Source: Octopus vulgaris (taxonomy: Eukaryota). Taken from it: a stretch of 64,000 nt of DNA. This document shows, piece after piece, positions 42,124 to 55,551 of this stretch. The stretch lies in assembly GCA_951406725.2 (NCBI GenBank), contig OX597815.1, positions 100,874,001 through 100,938,000 of the forward strand, given 5' to 3'. How positions within the stretch are numbered: position 1 is the first letter of the stretch; each line of letters begins with the position of its first letter. Made by a program: the position numbers and the translations under genes. The notes under the pieces are model-generated. The model was not told the origin of the DNA. It searched no databases and was given only the letters and a program-made list of their open reading frames with translations.

Positions 42124-43029
42124 CCCATGTTTTTTGCAGGCTATGCTAATTAATGATGTGTCAAATGTGTCAATTAGCAGTGGCGTTGATAATTTTTTTC
42201 CTCACTTCAATGATGCCGGTGATATATATATTAAAAGCCCCCTAGAGCTATATTATCACCCTCAAATTTGAGAAAAAAAAACACTCATAACTTTTTTCTT
42301 TCAAAACTGCATTGCATGAAATTCCTCGAATTAAGCACTATCATTTAAGCTTAATTAAACTATAGTTTGTTTTTAAAATAAAAAAAAGTTAATTACACTT
42401 TGCCTTACTTATATTTTTTCGTGATATTTTACCTTACAACATTTTTTATACAAATTTTTGTTGCATGGGACCAAAACTCATGCTTTCTTCAATCATTGAA
42501 TCTAAAATAAATATATTTTGCTTTTAAAATAAAAAAAAGTTATTTAGATCTAAACTTGATTGGTGGCGTTACTTACTCTCCTATAACGTAGCTACAAATT
42601 TTGATGTAAACTTTTTTTTTCAACTGGACCAAATCTCAGTTTTTTTTAATGCCAAAATGTAGCTAGTGACTAGTCCTCTTCAACAATGCTAGTTTTCCAT
42701 TTGGTTAAGAATTGAATTAGCGACAAATTCTGATATACCGTAGTTGAATGATTATATAAACAAATGTGTGTATTCGTGTGTATGGATGGATGTGCATGTC
42801 TATATGCATGTGTACATTCGCGCAAGCATTCTTTTATTTATTAATGTATCTGTATGTTAGAATACGTTTTTGTATTTTTACATGTGTACATACTATGTGC
42901 TTGTGCGTATATTCGTGTGTTTGTGTGTGTAAGGTGTGTGCATTTGAACACATGACTGCGTTGTGAATGTACAGAAGTTTGTTCTTGAATTGTACATAGG
43001 TTTGTTCGTACAAAAAAAAAAAAACTCAC

Positions 43030-43225
43030 CTAAAGATTTTATCAAGGAATAGTTGTGGTCACTTAGAATTTGACGATATGTAGGTTGATTGCTTCCACTT
43101 CTTGTGCTACTTTTTGTGCTTTGTTTTAGGTCAGAATGAACATAATTCAGTGGTTTCTTATAAGGCACAAAATTAAGCAGTGTGGTAAACGGTGTTACCT
43201 TTCGTTTTCTCTGAGGGGAAGGCAT
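43030..43225 (-). CDS. TSSK: TSSK-like kinase, coding exon 1
   Basis: AAAATG start, 65 codons plus 1 nt ending ..ILSDHNYSLIKSL-G|gtgagt; the phase-1 junction completes GxGxY with exon 2. Confidence 0.8.
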
Positions 43226-43649
43226 TTTGGTAATTACATTAAGAAAAATATATTAATAAATAAATAAACGAACTACTAATTCATAGAAAAGGTGATGTAA
43301 CACCCGTTCCTTTTCCCCCCAATTCTTAATGTTTTCCATACAGTATGTCTACAGTCCAATTCACAACGTCACAATTTTCCTATGACGTATATTTGCAGCC
43401 GCCATAATTTTAAATACTGTTTGTTCAATAGTGTTTTTGAGCGACATTTTTCGCTGTATTCCTTACTAACATTTTTGCCTACTTTCCTTTCGAATTTAGC
43501 TTTTTCTTAAACAAGTTGACGATCTGTTCAATATTATTTTTATACGACACTTTTCATCGTGGTCCTTACTAGAGACGTAAGGATGTTTGATCTTCATTGT
43601 TGTGATGTTCGTTTGTTGGTATGTATTGTCTTGTTAAAGACCATCACCC

Positions 43650-44219
43650 TGTGGTCTAGCTGGCTGCGCGTATAATAAATGAAGCGACTCACGAACTTTT
43701 AACATATTTATTGCTGGATATGATTTGCTGCGTTAACTGTCTACAAAAGAAAAGTGCTGATAATATAACCGCCGACTAGGAGGAGAGAACCACGCTGTAT
43801 CTTGTAGAAGGCTAACTGGAATCCATCGTATGTGTCCGAAATCGTTTCTTGCTCGAGGTATTCTGTCCGAATGTCTGACGTGGTCTGGTATAAGCGGTCT
43901 GCCTTCTGTGTTTGCCCAAGGTGGTCTACGCGAATGCTCGAAACCATCTGGCTTAGTTAGATGTCAAGCGGTTTTTATATTGCGAAAAAAGGGCGACTTT
44001 TAGATCATCCAAAGAACCAAGTCACGCCAAAGCTTCCTGTTAATTGACCGATTTATAGATCAATCGAATGAAACTGTGATTGCTTAATCGTAATCCCAAA
44101 CTGAATATCTTGCGGTTGGGTTCGAATCCTTACTTAGTATTTTGCTCTACTTTCTTTTCACATTTAGACATTCTTAAACAAGTAGACGGTAATGAAATTA
44201 GTTAGCATGCTTGACTACA
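43650..44219 (-). mobile_element. Probable solo LTR
   Basis: TGTGGTCTAGC...GCTTGACTACA terminal inverted ends; minus-strand TATAAAAA (~43972-43979) upstream of AATAAA (~43707-43712); degenerate 4-bp flanks ACCC/ACTT. Confidence 0.5.
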
Positions 44220-45534
44220 ACTTTTATTTCAAAACTTTATAACATAAGTGTCAAAATCTAAATACAATCTAATTTGTATATAACATATACGTCTTCAAAG
44301 TATTCTTTTAAACAATAATTTTCGTCCAATTCTACTAAGAGGTAAAAACAAATCCAATCCATAAACTTTATGTATGCTTACAGTGTACTAGATAAAGATT
44401 TGATTCAAGAAATCTACTTCTGCAGCGTTAAATGAAGCTTAAATCTATTGATCCCAAAGTTATTAACACTGAAAGTGAGGAATTAAAAAATATATATATA
44501 TCATAACTATAATATAAAATGTTGTTGTTTAGTCAAGGGTCAATGAACAGAATCACAAAGGCATCCAAGCCGTGATTATCCTATGTTTTGTCCAGACATT
44601 GTGCATCTCTGAGCACATTACCCAATGTCTAAACAAAAGATAATCTTTCCTTCCTAAAGATAGTGTGAGTTGAGAGAATTTTGGCAGCTATTTCTAGCAA
44701 GTTTTATGAGTACTCAGAGGTTCCGTTTTTGGCTTGACTTCCTCTTTAATTAGGCTTCCAGGCCTTTATTTTTATTGCCATGCATTGTGAATGAGAAGTA
44801 TCAATTGTCTTAATCAACCAACTGAATAACAAAATTATTTTAAATGCTATAATATTGTAAACCGTAAACTATTTAGTTGTTAGAACACTATTAAAATACA
44901 TCATCTGTGTTGTGAATGTTTGACAGAAATAGCAAAAAAATCTTCTTTAAATCACACTCTGCTGTCTTAAATATGTAAACCAACGCAACACGGCCCTGGG
45001 TGCACTGTGTCTTAAATTATTGGATAGACAAGGTTGAAATGCCTTTGATCTTAGGTCAGCTCGGAGCTGACATAAAGTTTAAATAACGTGTCCTGAGTCA
45101 AGCCAACAAAGGAACCTGTACGTGGTTATTCTCAAAATCTCCCTACTGTGTTAGAAAAGAAGAGCATACAAAATTATATGGTATTGGGTGTTCTCTGTTA
45201 CAAATCTGTTCAATCAGGGTTGACCAGAAGTTAAATACCACCACCACCACCACAAACAACAACAACAGCAGCAGCAGCATCCACAGCAACAAGAATCTAT
45301 CAACTACATCCTTCACCTGGATTCGAGACGAGATGTCTTCTTTTAGGAATCAATATTTATCTAAACATGTCTCTTTGTGTTCATGCCGAAATTGATTTTA
45401 TTTTCCATCTCACAAGGAGCGATTAGGTAAGTGAAAATAATACCAATATTATTTCCTGACAAATCATAGAAGCAGAACCAATATTAGAAATTGATATCAA
45501 TAAGGGTGCAGGTATGGCTGAGTGATTAGGAAAA

Positions 45535-47760
45535 TTCAAGTGGTGGAGCACTGAAAAACAGCATAAAACAACAAAAAACCCTAAATTAAAATTTAATTTT
45601 TAATTGGAGTAGCGGATATCAAAGAACATGGGGAAATAACTTCAAGAAACTAAGAATGAATTTCACAGGATATTCCATTGTGAAAGATTTATTATAGCCA
45701 CCTCGATACAATAACATCAACGAACATAGATTTTTTACAAATATAAAGAAAATTTTGGATGGAAGGTGGAGTGATTTGTCTCGCCTGTGTATGACTGAAT
45801 GCTTTTAGAAAGCATTTATAAGCACCTTGACAACCAACATTTACTGTCAGAAGAATAGAAAGGTTGCAGGAAGAAGGCTAGAGGAACGCATGATCTATTA
45901 TATATAGACAAAGCAATTCTAAATGAAGTAAAAGCTAGAAAAAATCCAACAATAGTATGGATAGATTTTAAGAAAGCCTATGGCATAATCCCACACTCAT
46001 AGATAAGTGAATGTTTGAGTATATTCAGTATAACAGACAAGAAAACTAATTAGATTTAGCATGAAGAAATGGGAAGTAGATCTCTAATCAGGTGATACAG
46101 TCTTGGGGAAAGTTAATATCAAAAGAAGAATTTTCCAAGGGGACTCATTATCCCCTTTAATATTTGTCTTGTGTTTGATCCCCCTCAGTTTAGTATTCAG
46201 GAAGGCAAAGGAACGGGTATCAGTTCAGAAATAGTAAAGGAAATATAAACCATTTGCTCTACATGGATGATCTGAAGCTTTTTAGTAAGAATAAAAAAGA
46301 GATAGATTGCTTAATACAAACTGTAAGACTCTTCAGCAAAGATATAGGCATGGAATTTGTGCAATATTAGTCATGAAAAAGGGTCAGGTAGTCAACAGTG
46401 AAGGCATCCTATTACCAGATGGCCAGACATTAAAATTACTGAAAGAAGGAAAGTTATAAGTATCTAGAAGAGTATTAGAATCTGATAGAGTACTAACTAC
46501 AGAATTAAAAACGAAAATTGAGGAGTACATCAGAAGAGGGAGGAAATTAATGAAGTCAAAGCTAAATGGTGCGAATCTAGTGAAGGGTGTAAATAATTGG
46601 GCAGTATCATTACTTAGATACTCAGCAACTATTGCAGATTGGACAAAATCTGGATTAGAAAATCTAGACAGGAAAACTAGGAAGGAATTCGATATGAATG
46701 GAGAACTCCACCCAATGGCAGGAGTAGCAAGATTATACTTACCTAGAAAGGAAGGTGGGGGAGGTTTAAAATCAGTAGAAGACTGCGTGGAGTTAGCTAG
46801 AGTAGATATAGCCTCTTATGTAGGTAATAGTGAAGAAATTTTATTAAGAGCTGTTAGAGTCACAGTAAAATATAGCGAAACCAAAAAGCCAAAAGAAGTT
46901 AAAAAACAGAAAAAAAGAAGAAAGATTATCTGACTGGCAGGGGAACGCTTTGCATAGTAGATTCCCAAAGAAAATTGCAAGAAATAGTATTACTGAGACA
47001 CGGTTATGGTTGCAGGAAGGAAGGTTGAGTTTGTTAGTAGCAGCACAAGTTCAAACATTGAGGACTAATTGGATAAAAGCTAAGATAGACAAAAACTAGG
47101 TAGATGCCCAATGTAGGTTATGGAATTCAAAAAAGGAAAGTGTTACTCATATGATAAGTGAATGTAGCAAGATAGAATAGAAAGAATACAAGAAATGATA
47201 AGACGACCTAGGGAGAGTAATCTACTTGGAGTTATGTAGAAAGCTAGAATTTGACTATACTGATAAATGGTATGAACATGAACCTAGTAAAGTACTAGAT
47301 AGTAAGAAATATAAGATGTTGAGGGACTTCAACATTCAGACGGACGGTGTAATAGAAGCTAGAAGGCATGATTGAGTAATAATAGACAAGGAGAATAGAA
47401 AGTGACAGATAATTGACTTTACAGTCCCAAAATGATGAAAAGTCAATACGAGAGGTATAGAGAAAATAGCAAAGTGCCAAGGTCTAGCCATTGAGTTACA
47501 GAGACTACTAAAAGTGTGGGTAAATTATATTCCTGTAGTTATATGTGCATTAGGAACTATCCGTAAGGATTTGAACAGATGGGTAGAGGAAATAAGCATT
47601 AAACCTAGTTTGGTACAGCTCCAGAAAACAATGTTATTAGGGACTGCTAGAATACTTAGTTGTATTCTTGGCATCTAAGGTTACTTGTAGCCATTAGGAA
47701 ATTTTCTATTCCAGCAGTCTAATCTGTTGTGCGTATGTGAAATAATAATAATAATAATAA
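45535..47760 (+). mobile_element. R4/Dong LINE copy A with (TAA)n tail
   Basis: WIDFKKAY, IFQGDSLSPL, HLLYMDDLKL, RLYLPRKEGGGGL, CCHC and RLE remnants; TAA repeats at 47741-47760. Confidence 0.85.
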
Positions 47761-48151
47761 TGATATAGTTGATGTTGAATGCCCCTTTAACCCATGAATA
47801 GTCAAGAAAGAGGGCGAAGAGATAGATAGATACAACCCTCTTAAATACGAAATAGCCAAGCTATGGAAAATGAAGGTGAAGATGGTACCAATTATTGTTG
47901 GGTCCTTGGGAAGAGTATCAGAAGGCATCAAGAGGAATATAAAAGAAATTGAAATCATGCCCAGTAGAACTGTTACAAAAGGCTTGCTTCCTTGGCATGG
48001 CCAGAATCATCAGGGAAGTATTAGATAGCTGAAAAGAGTGAATAGTATGGTACTGTAGGTTGCACGTAGCAAGCCCGCTATGCATGCAAGACTCCAGGAG
48101 CTCCAGTAAAACCTGTGATAAAGAGAAAAGGATAATGATAATAATAATATT
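47761..48151 (+). mobile_element. R4/Dong LINE copy B (short 3' end) with TAA-type tail
   Basis: IVDVECPF...DRYNPLKYEIAKLWKMKVKMVPIIVGSLG; a distinct 3' UTR; ATAATGATAATAATAAT tail. Confidence 0.75.
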
Positions 48152-49575
48152 CCATTATCTCCGTCGTTTTTTTTTTGTTCTCTGCATGATACCCTTGACC
48201 TCGGTACTTAGGAAAATGAACCTGGGATACCAACTACAGGGAAAATTCCAAACAATCAACCACCTCCACTTCATGGATGATTTGAAACTGTTTGGCAAAG
48301 ATGTGACACAAATGAGTTCCTTGTTGAATGCAGTCCACTGTTTTAGTCCTGATATTAGAATGGAAGTTGGACTCAAGAAGTGCGGAATAATCTATCTAAA
48401 AAGAGGAAAAGTACAGTCCCTAGCAGGGATAGAATTACCGAATAGAGAATTGATTAAACAAATTGAAACGGAAGGCTACAAATACAGGTGTACTACATTT
48501 CAACGAGATAATGGGGAAAGAAATGAAACAACTGAGGATGGAATATTTCCAAAGACTGAGGTTGGTGTTGCGCTCAAAATTGACCGGATGAAGCAAAATC
48601 CAAGCAGTTAATACATGGGCGATAGCATCACTTCAGTATGAAGTAGGAATTATAAAATGGCCAAAGAGAGAAGTGATGAAGCTGGATACAAAGACAAGGA
48701 AAATGTTGACAGTACACGGAGCCTTCCAACCTAAGAGTGACACCGATAAACTGTTTTTGTCAAGAAGAAAGGGTGGGAGAAGTTTTGTCAGTTGCCAGGA
48801 CTATATCGAAGCAAAGGAAAACAGCATAGGGTGGTATATAAAAAATGTCGTGGAGACATTGTTGAAACATACAAAAAAGTCTGGTGTCATCAAAACTGAG
48901 CATTTGTAATGAAAGAAAAGTTTAAAGAAATGAACACACACACACACACAAGAAATAGCATAGAAGGAGAAAAATGTACGGTCCATTTACAAGAGACGTG
49001 AACGCCAAGACAGATACAGAAAACCAGTGGCTATGGATGAGGAGGAGTGACCTGAAGATAGAGATAGAAGCACTCATATGCACAGCTCAGGAACAAGCGT
49101 TAAGGACCAATTATGTGAAGTGCAGAATAGACAACACCACCGACAGCGACAAATGCAGAATGTGTGGTGAGAGGGGTGAAACAGTATGGCACATTGTTAG
49201 CAAATGCCCGAAATTGGCAAAACGCGAATACAAAAGACGCCAGAACAATGTGGCAAGAAGGATCCATTGGGAGCTCTGAAGAAACTACAGCCTACAAAGA
49301 GCAAAAGACGTGGTATGAGGAACCCCTGAAGGAGTCACCGAGAATGAGAATTGCAAAATCCTGTGAGATGCAATGATTCAGAGGGGTCACCTGACCAGAC
49401 GTTGTTGCAGTGAATAAAAAAGAACGTGCATGATAATCCACATAGCATGCCCTGGTGACAAATGGATCAATGAGAAAAAAATAAACAACTATGATGATTT
49501 GAAGCGGGAAATATGAAGGTTGTGGTCAATGAGGAGAATAGACTTGATACCAATAGTAGTTGATGCACTTGGCTC
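48152..49575 (+). mobile_element. R4/Dong LINE copy C, 3' end interrupted
   Basis: FVLCMIPL, NHLHFMDDLKL, EALICTAQEQALRTN, CRMCGERGETVWHIVSKC, PIVVDALG. Confidence 0.85.
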
Positions 49576-50480
49576 CAACAGATTAACAAACCTTCTCAAG
49601 ACATTGCTGGTTGACAGCCACCTAACAATGCAGTAGAAAGAGACACCACTAGGTTTATCTTCAAGATCCAGTTCTTCAATAAAATTTCTGACCTATCGGC
49701 GAGTCTTCCCATTTAAGCGCATGAAATTGACAATTTCAAGGACAGATTTCATAACATCTTCATACTTGAAGTATCTGGCTGCCAGGTGTTCGCGATGAAT
49801 AATGTAATGAACAGGGAGAAACTCTGGAAATCTGGGATCATTAAGTGCTATTAATCTTAATTTTTTCCCTCCCATTGCAGGGGTTCCATCTGTTGCAACA
49901 CTGACGAGTTTATTCAGTCGAACATCAGCATTTGTTATGGTTTTATCTAGCGCATTTTTAATGTCAACACCATGAGTTGTTTCTTTTAATGCCACAAAGT
50001 CCAACATCTCTTCTTTCACAGTTACATCAGAGGAAACATAATGAATAAATACTGTCAGTTGTGGGTTGTCTTGTATGTCTGTTAATTCGCCAAGAGAACC
50101 GAATGTAAGAAAATTTTTAAAATCGTTTTGCATTTTGCCTGCAACATCAGCACTGATATGAGAAACATGCCTCTCTGTAGTGTGGCGTGAAACTGGTGTT
50201 TGTGCTATTAGTCACTGAAGTCTTGTGTTATTTGGATCTAACACAGCAATAAATTCAATTATATTCTTCTTAACAAATTCGCCATCAGAATATGGGTGTT
50301 TAGCATGAACAATATTCCATGACATAACAAAATTGGCTTCAGTTGTTGCATCAACTTCCTTACTGAATGTTGTCAAAAGTGTCCGCTGGCTATTTAGTGA
50401 TGATTTTTACAGTTAACTTTTTTCCCCCCCCCCCAATTCTGATTTAGGTGGATAATCATACGAAAAGTTTTTGTGACTTG
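49576..50480 (-). mobile_element. hAT (SPIN/Buster/GTF2IRD2-like) transposase relic
   Basis: TDIQDNPQLTVFIHYV..VKEEML..SVATDGTPAMGG..VHYIIHREHL. Confidence 0.85.
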
Positions 50481-52104
50481 GGATCTTTGTGGTTTTCGTC
50501 ACTGTTTACGATTTTGCTCCAACTGCTTTTAAATTTGGTATATGGAATAAGATTTGTATACTAATTATGAAAATGAAATTTATTGGATCTTTTCGGTTTG
50601 AACGGCAGTTTTTTCTAGCGGTGTCATATGAAATTGTCACCCATAATCATGACCCTAGTATCGATCTATTGCATTTCAATCTGCTTTAGAGTTAGGGTTA
50701 GGGATGGGGGAAGGGTATCTTTTTTTCTTCAGAAATGTAAATAAACCCAATCTGTTTCTTAAACGAGGGACATATTCATACGGCACAGAATGTTTTCACC
50801 TCAAAAGACGTCATTGATTGGTTGAAATTGCAGAAAAAAAACAACAAATATCTTACAAACCATAGAATTTTCTAAATAAAGCCAAGAGAAAAAGATGTTT
50901 TATAAACACATTCTACCAGTATACGAAGTTTAAAAGTGTTTAGTTACGTGGAAATTATTTTTAAAAACTGCCGCTCAAACCGAAAAGATCCATTTATTTT
51001 CCCTATAAACCTATAATTAAAAAGTTATTAGCTTTTACAATTTGGGTATTTTAACCAATCAGAAGTATTTTAGGCATCACCGTGGCAAAGAAATCTTTCT
51101 CTTTAGTAACCGAAGCAAAGAAGCACCACGTGTTCCATAGGTGATTGCGAAGAACTTAGTTTCTATAGTTACCAAAGATGCTGCGCATGCGTACAAGGAG
51201 TGTAACCACCACTTGTTCTATATCTGTTCGCTTGCATAACGGATGAGACTCACACTTGACAAATTGAAAGTATCTGGGCATGGTTGACTCTTATATTTGT
51301 GAATTTATGTGGAGAAGGAGATACGAGAAAGATTTATTTTATAAAATCCTAGAGTGTATTGCAAACTATCGTTCTTGAAATTTTAAAACTAATGTCTATT
51401 TTAAACAATATTTTGACCGTTACTTCTAGCAACTCCAGATCTTTTCCTTTTGAACGGCAGTTTGTAACATAATTTCTAGGTAACTAAAAAATTTTAAACT
51501 TCGTATACTGGTAGAATGTGTTTATAAAACATCATTTTCTCTTGGCTTTATTGAGAAAATTCTATAGGTTGTAACATATTTCGTCTAAAATTTCTTGTAT
51601 TTCGGCAATTTTAACCAATCAATTACCTCCATTTAGGTAAATAACATTCTGTGCATAATGAATATGTCCCTCCTTTAAGAAACAGATTGGGTTTATTTAC
51701 ATTTGTGAAGAAAAAAGATACCCTTCGTCCACCCCTAACCCTAACCCTTTTAAACTTCGTATACTGGTAGAATGTGTCTATAAAACATCTTTTTCTCTTG
51801 GCTTTATTGAGAAAATTCTATAGTTTGTAAGATGTTTGTTGCTTTTTTCCAATTTCTGCAATTTCAACCAATCAATGACGTGTATTGAGGTAAAAAACAT
51901 TCTGTGCCGTATGAATATGTCCCTCGTTTAAGAAACAGATTGGGTTTATTTACATTTCTGAAGAAAAAAGATACCCTTCACCCCACCCCTAACTCTAAAA
52001 CAGATTGAAATGCAATAGATCGATACTAGGGTCATAATTATGGGTGACAATTTCATATGACACCGCTAGAAAAAACTGCCGTTCAAACCGAAAAGATCCG
52101 ATCC
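50481..52104 (+). mobile_element. Merlin-family element with nested Merlin-type MITEs (50585-50991; 51437-52099)
   Basis: GGATC termini; transposase C-terminal relic HT..IESIW...YICEFMWRRRYEKDLFYKILECIA (51247-51378); MITE TIR GGATCTTTTCGGTTTGAACGGCAG, ATTTATT flanks, internal TTAGGG/CCCTAA. Confidence 0.7.
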
Positions 52105-52429
52105 GGTCGCTGTAATAAAAGTTGAATGAAAATTATAGCGAAAATAAAAAGTAGAGTCAAATGGAAAAGAAAAGAGAGGAGGAGTGAGAGTAATGTATAA
52201 AAAAGAATAAGAGACGGAAAGGGTAAATGAACAAACGAAAGAGGAGGGGCTTGAAGAAAAGAAAAAAGAACGAAAGAAAAGCAGATGGCGCTTAGGATAG
52301 AAGGAAGTAATGAATGCGTGAAGAAAGGAAGGAAGGAGGGAGCATAAGTTGGATCGACTTTTCTGCAGCAGCTAAATATCAGTATTTGACGTTCTACTTC
52401 TAATGTAAATAAAGCGTAAACATATCTGA

Positions 52430-52720
52430 TTTGGCAAAAAAAAAAAAAATACATCCCAGACATGAGATTTCTTAAGTATCCGTCTCTTGTCCTTAAAGCA
52501 CAATTTACATCTGCTACTGCTGTTAGAGTAAGGCTTGCATTTCTCTAACATGTGATGTCGTAGTCTGTGGTCTTTTTCTTCAACCTCTATTTCTGCGTCC
52601 ATACTTAGTCAGTATATGTATGCCGCGCTTTTTGTAGCGGTGTGACTGCGTTCTCGTTTCTCGAAGGGGTCTTCGTCTGTATAAGCACGTTATGCTGGAT
52701 TCAGCCCTCTAATATTCCTT
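52430..52720 (-). mobile_element. Penelope-like (Naiad-type) endonuclease C-terminal relic
   Basis: LEKCKPYSNSSSRCKLCFKDKRRIL matches the PY...CxLCxxEK motif. Confidence 0.55.
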
Positions 52721-54295
52721 TTAATCTGACAATATAAAAAGATTTAACTTTGCCAAACTTCATCCCTGTATTCTTAGCAGATATATTCAGATCACCCATA
52801 AAGAAGCAATGTTGGTGTTTTTCTCTGCTTGTAGGTAAATCGCTCCATGGGTACATTGGAAATATAAATAGCATCACTGAGATATCGTCAACCAGACTTT
52901 GGTGTCTAGGGGGAGGGTTAGGCTTCAGAATATTTAGGGTGGGTACTAATTTGTAATATTGCTAAACTGCAGTAAATCTAAGGGTTCACCATTGAATAGT
53001 GAGGAGGAAGTACCATCTAGTGCAGTAATTCCCAAACTTTTTCAGGTTACCCACCCCCTTGGCACACAGGCCACATTCCTAGCGTCCTTCCCCATCACAG
53101 ATGGAGACCACTTTCTGCAGTAAATTCAAAACAACTGCAGTTCACAAATAAAACTCGAACCTAATTAACCTATTATTTTGTTTTACATCTATCACCCCAG
53201 GTGACCTCTACAATAGTGCATAACTTTTTAATCCTTGTCCCACAGAATAATATCAGGTCTGTTATGTTTGCACCGAATTCATGATTTTATTGATGTTCCA
53301 CGAATATTCCTTGTTTATAAAGGTGCTATCTTTGTCCCTCTTATTTATCAGGTATTTAGTAGCTAACTCCTGTTCCTGGATAGCGAAAGTATACCCTTCT
53401 GGTTGGGATGTAATGTATCTATGTATGCATGTATATGTATGTGTCTGAGTATGCCGTCGATGCATACACTGAAGTGTGTACATCTACTCAAATAAGAATT
53501 TCAGGGAAAAATATTGGAATACCTAGTAAATTTTCGCTGTGCCACTGTAGATTGGATTCGGCGATTGTATCTCGACGTAATGATAAAAAGATTGACGAAA
53601 ATATACGACACATAGGTGCCTTTGAATAGAAGCTTTATGATATTTATTCCGTTTCTGTTTCACGGTCATTTTGCTGTCAGATAAAGCAATAAAGTTGAGG
53701 CAGGAGTAAAAAAAAACGTTTGAAGTGTCTGATTCAGGGGACATAACCCAATCTTCACCCTACAACTACGGCTGTCATAACTTTTTAAACTGCTAAACTT
53801 GCTGCTGCTCCCACTACTGCAAGTAAATACCGTAAAAGTTTTTTTTTTCGTTGTTTTTCATTATATTAGTTGTTTAAAATTTTAGTACAAGGTCTGCAGT
53901 TTTTCAGGTTAGTTAATTAAAACAACTCAAGTATGTTACTGACTCCGAAAGAATAAAATGCAAAGTTGACTTCCGTGGTATTTGAACCGCTTAAATATTT
54001 TACCGACGTTAAGAACTCTTCCAGCTTGCCAAATCGACCACAGTACGAGACTGATCTTTTATTTTATTGACCCTCAAAACGGATAAAAGGAGAGTTTACC
54101 TCGGTAGGATTCCTACTCACAGTGTAAATGTAAATAAAGCATTTTTTCCTGAGGCTCGGCGCTTTTGCAACCATCAATTTTACTTCCGCATTCGTAAGGA
54201 AACTTATGTTTAATATAACTTAAATTTAACCCAAAGTTATTCGAATTTTTTCGTTATCTCAGCAAATTACAACTAACAAATTTGCAAAGTTAATC

Positions 54296-55363
54296 ATGTC
54301 GGGTCACAATCGAGAGACCGTCACAATGGACAGATTTCGAAAACTGTTTTGGAAGAAAAATCCAAGTTGTTTAGAAAACTTAGGAGGACAATACTGGAAT
54401 CAAATTGAAGGTATAAATTTACCAAAAGATTTTACTTCACTTGCATTCTTTACAGAAAAACGCTTGAGAGATCTTTCGGAACACTTCAATAACCTGGAAG
54501 ACGTTGTGAAACTTGGAGTTAATATGTTTTATGATTCTGATATACTTTGGGATTTAGAAAGAGAACACTATTTAAATATATCAAAAATGGCTCTAACTCT
54601 TTTCGTAAATTTCATTATTACGAGACATAATGGAGACGAAAATACAGTCTACACGTTGATAGAAATATTTTTCAACATAGCTAAGACTCAAATTGCTGAG
54701 AAAATTAAGGAGGAGTTTGAAGAATGGTCACAAACGGAAATTGGTGATTACAACGAATTGGATAATATCGAGCAAACGTGGATGGATCAGCACGAAGAGC
54801 AACTTTTCGGATGGGAAAATAAACAAACTCCTGAACGTTACTTCGATTATCTTGGAAATTTCTGTTCGCTTCAACAGTACGGAAGAACGAGAAGAGTTGG
54901 CCTGGATAAAATTATCATTGACATATTAAACAATGCCCCTATTAAGTTTGCCTTCCAATATTTACCATCAGCAAAAACTTACAAAAAGTTCGTGTATAAT
55001 AATAATGACTTGTGCAAGGATTTTGTTGTTGTTGAAGAAAGCGAGGTTCAAAAGCATACTGAAAAGCTTTTGTGGAAGATAGCAGAAACTGACTTGGAAA
55101 AGAAGGAATTTGAAGCGACACTACTTGACATGTTCGGGACAGACAAAAAAAGACATGAACAGTTTCAAAAATTCTGGAACGCATATCCCAGGTCTTTGTT
55201 TCTGAAGACTTTTAAAAGTCTGGTTTATTTGTCAAAGGAAATAAAAATCAACGATGTTTTTGAAATGTTACGCGAGTCTAGAACTGTATTTAACCCTCGG
55301 ATAGTGAAATTCCAAGCAGACTGCATACAAACGTATACAATAAAGACAAGGACAAGAGTGTGA
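54296..55363 (+). CDS. Intact 355-aa protein with putative death domain (aa ~52-141) and possible second death-like repeat (aa ~255-328)
   Basis: Only long uninterrupted non-TE ORF in the window; six-helix DD-like pattern TEKRLRDLSEHF..DVVKLGVNM..DSDILWDLEREH..NISKMALTLF..TVYTLIEIF..IAKTQIAEKI; upstream splice acceptor ttttttcgttatctcag (54262). Confidence 0.75.
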   Translation: MSGHNRETVTMDRFRKLFWKKNPSCLENLGGQYWNQIEGINLPKDFTSLAFFTEKRLRDLSEHFNNLEDVVKLGVNMFYDSDILWDLEREHYLNISKMALTLFVNFIITRHNGDENTVYTLIEIFFNIAKTQIAEKIKEEFEEWSQTEIGDYNELDNIEQTWMDQHEEQLFGWENKQTPERYFDYLGNFCSLQQYGRTRRVGLDKIIIDILNNAPIKFAFQYLPSAKTYKKFVYNNNDLCKDFVVVEESEVQKHTEKLLWKIAETDLEKKEFEATLLDMFGTDKKRHEQFQKFWNAYPRSLFLKTFKSLVYLSKEIKINDVFEMLRESRTVFNPRIVKFQADCIQTYTIKTRTRV

Positions 55364-55373
55364 ATATGAGGGA

Positions 55374-55419
<46 letters not shown>

Positions 55420-55551
55420 TACGTATGTGTAAATCTTTTATCTCTTTTTAAAGTTTTTGATCATGTTAGGACACTGCCGTATTTTTATATATATATATAT
55501 ACATACACACACACACACATATATACAGATGTGCGTGCGAGACGGTGTATA

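Noticed and set aside
44075-44135. Perfect B-box GGTTCGAATCC suggesting a tRNA
   Set aside because: No convincing acceptor or anticodon stems
53325-53420. EGYTFAIQEQELAT segment as a gene
   Set aside because: Short R4/Dong LINE fragment
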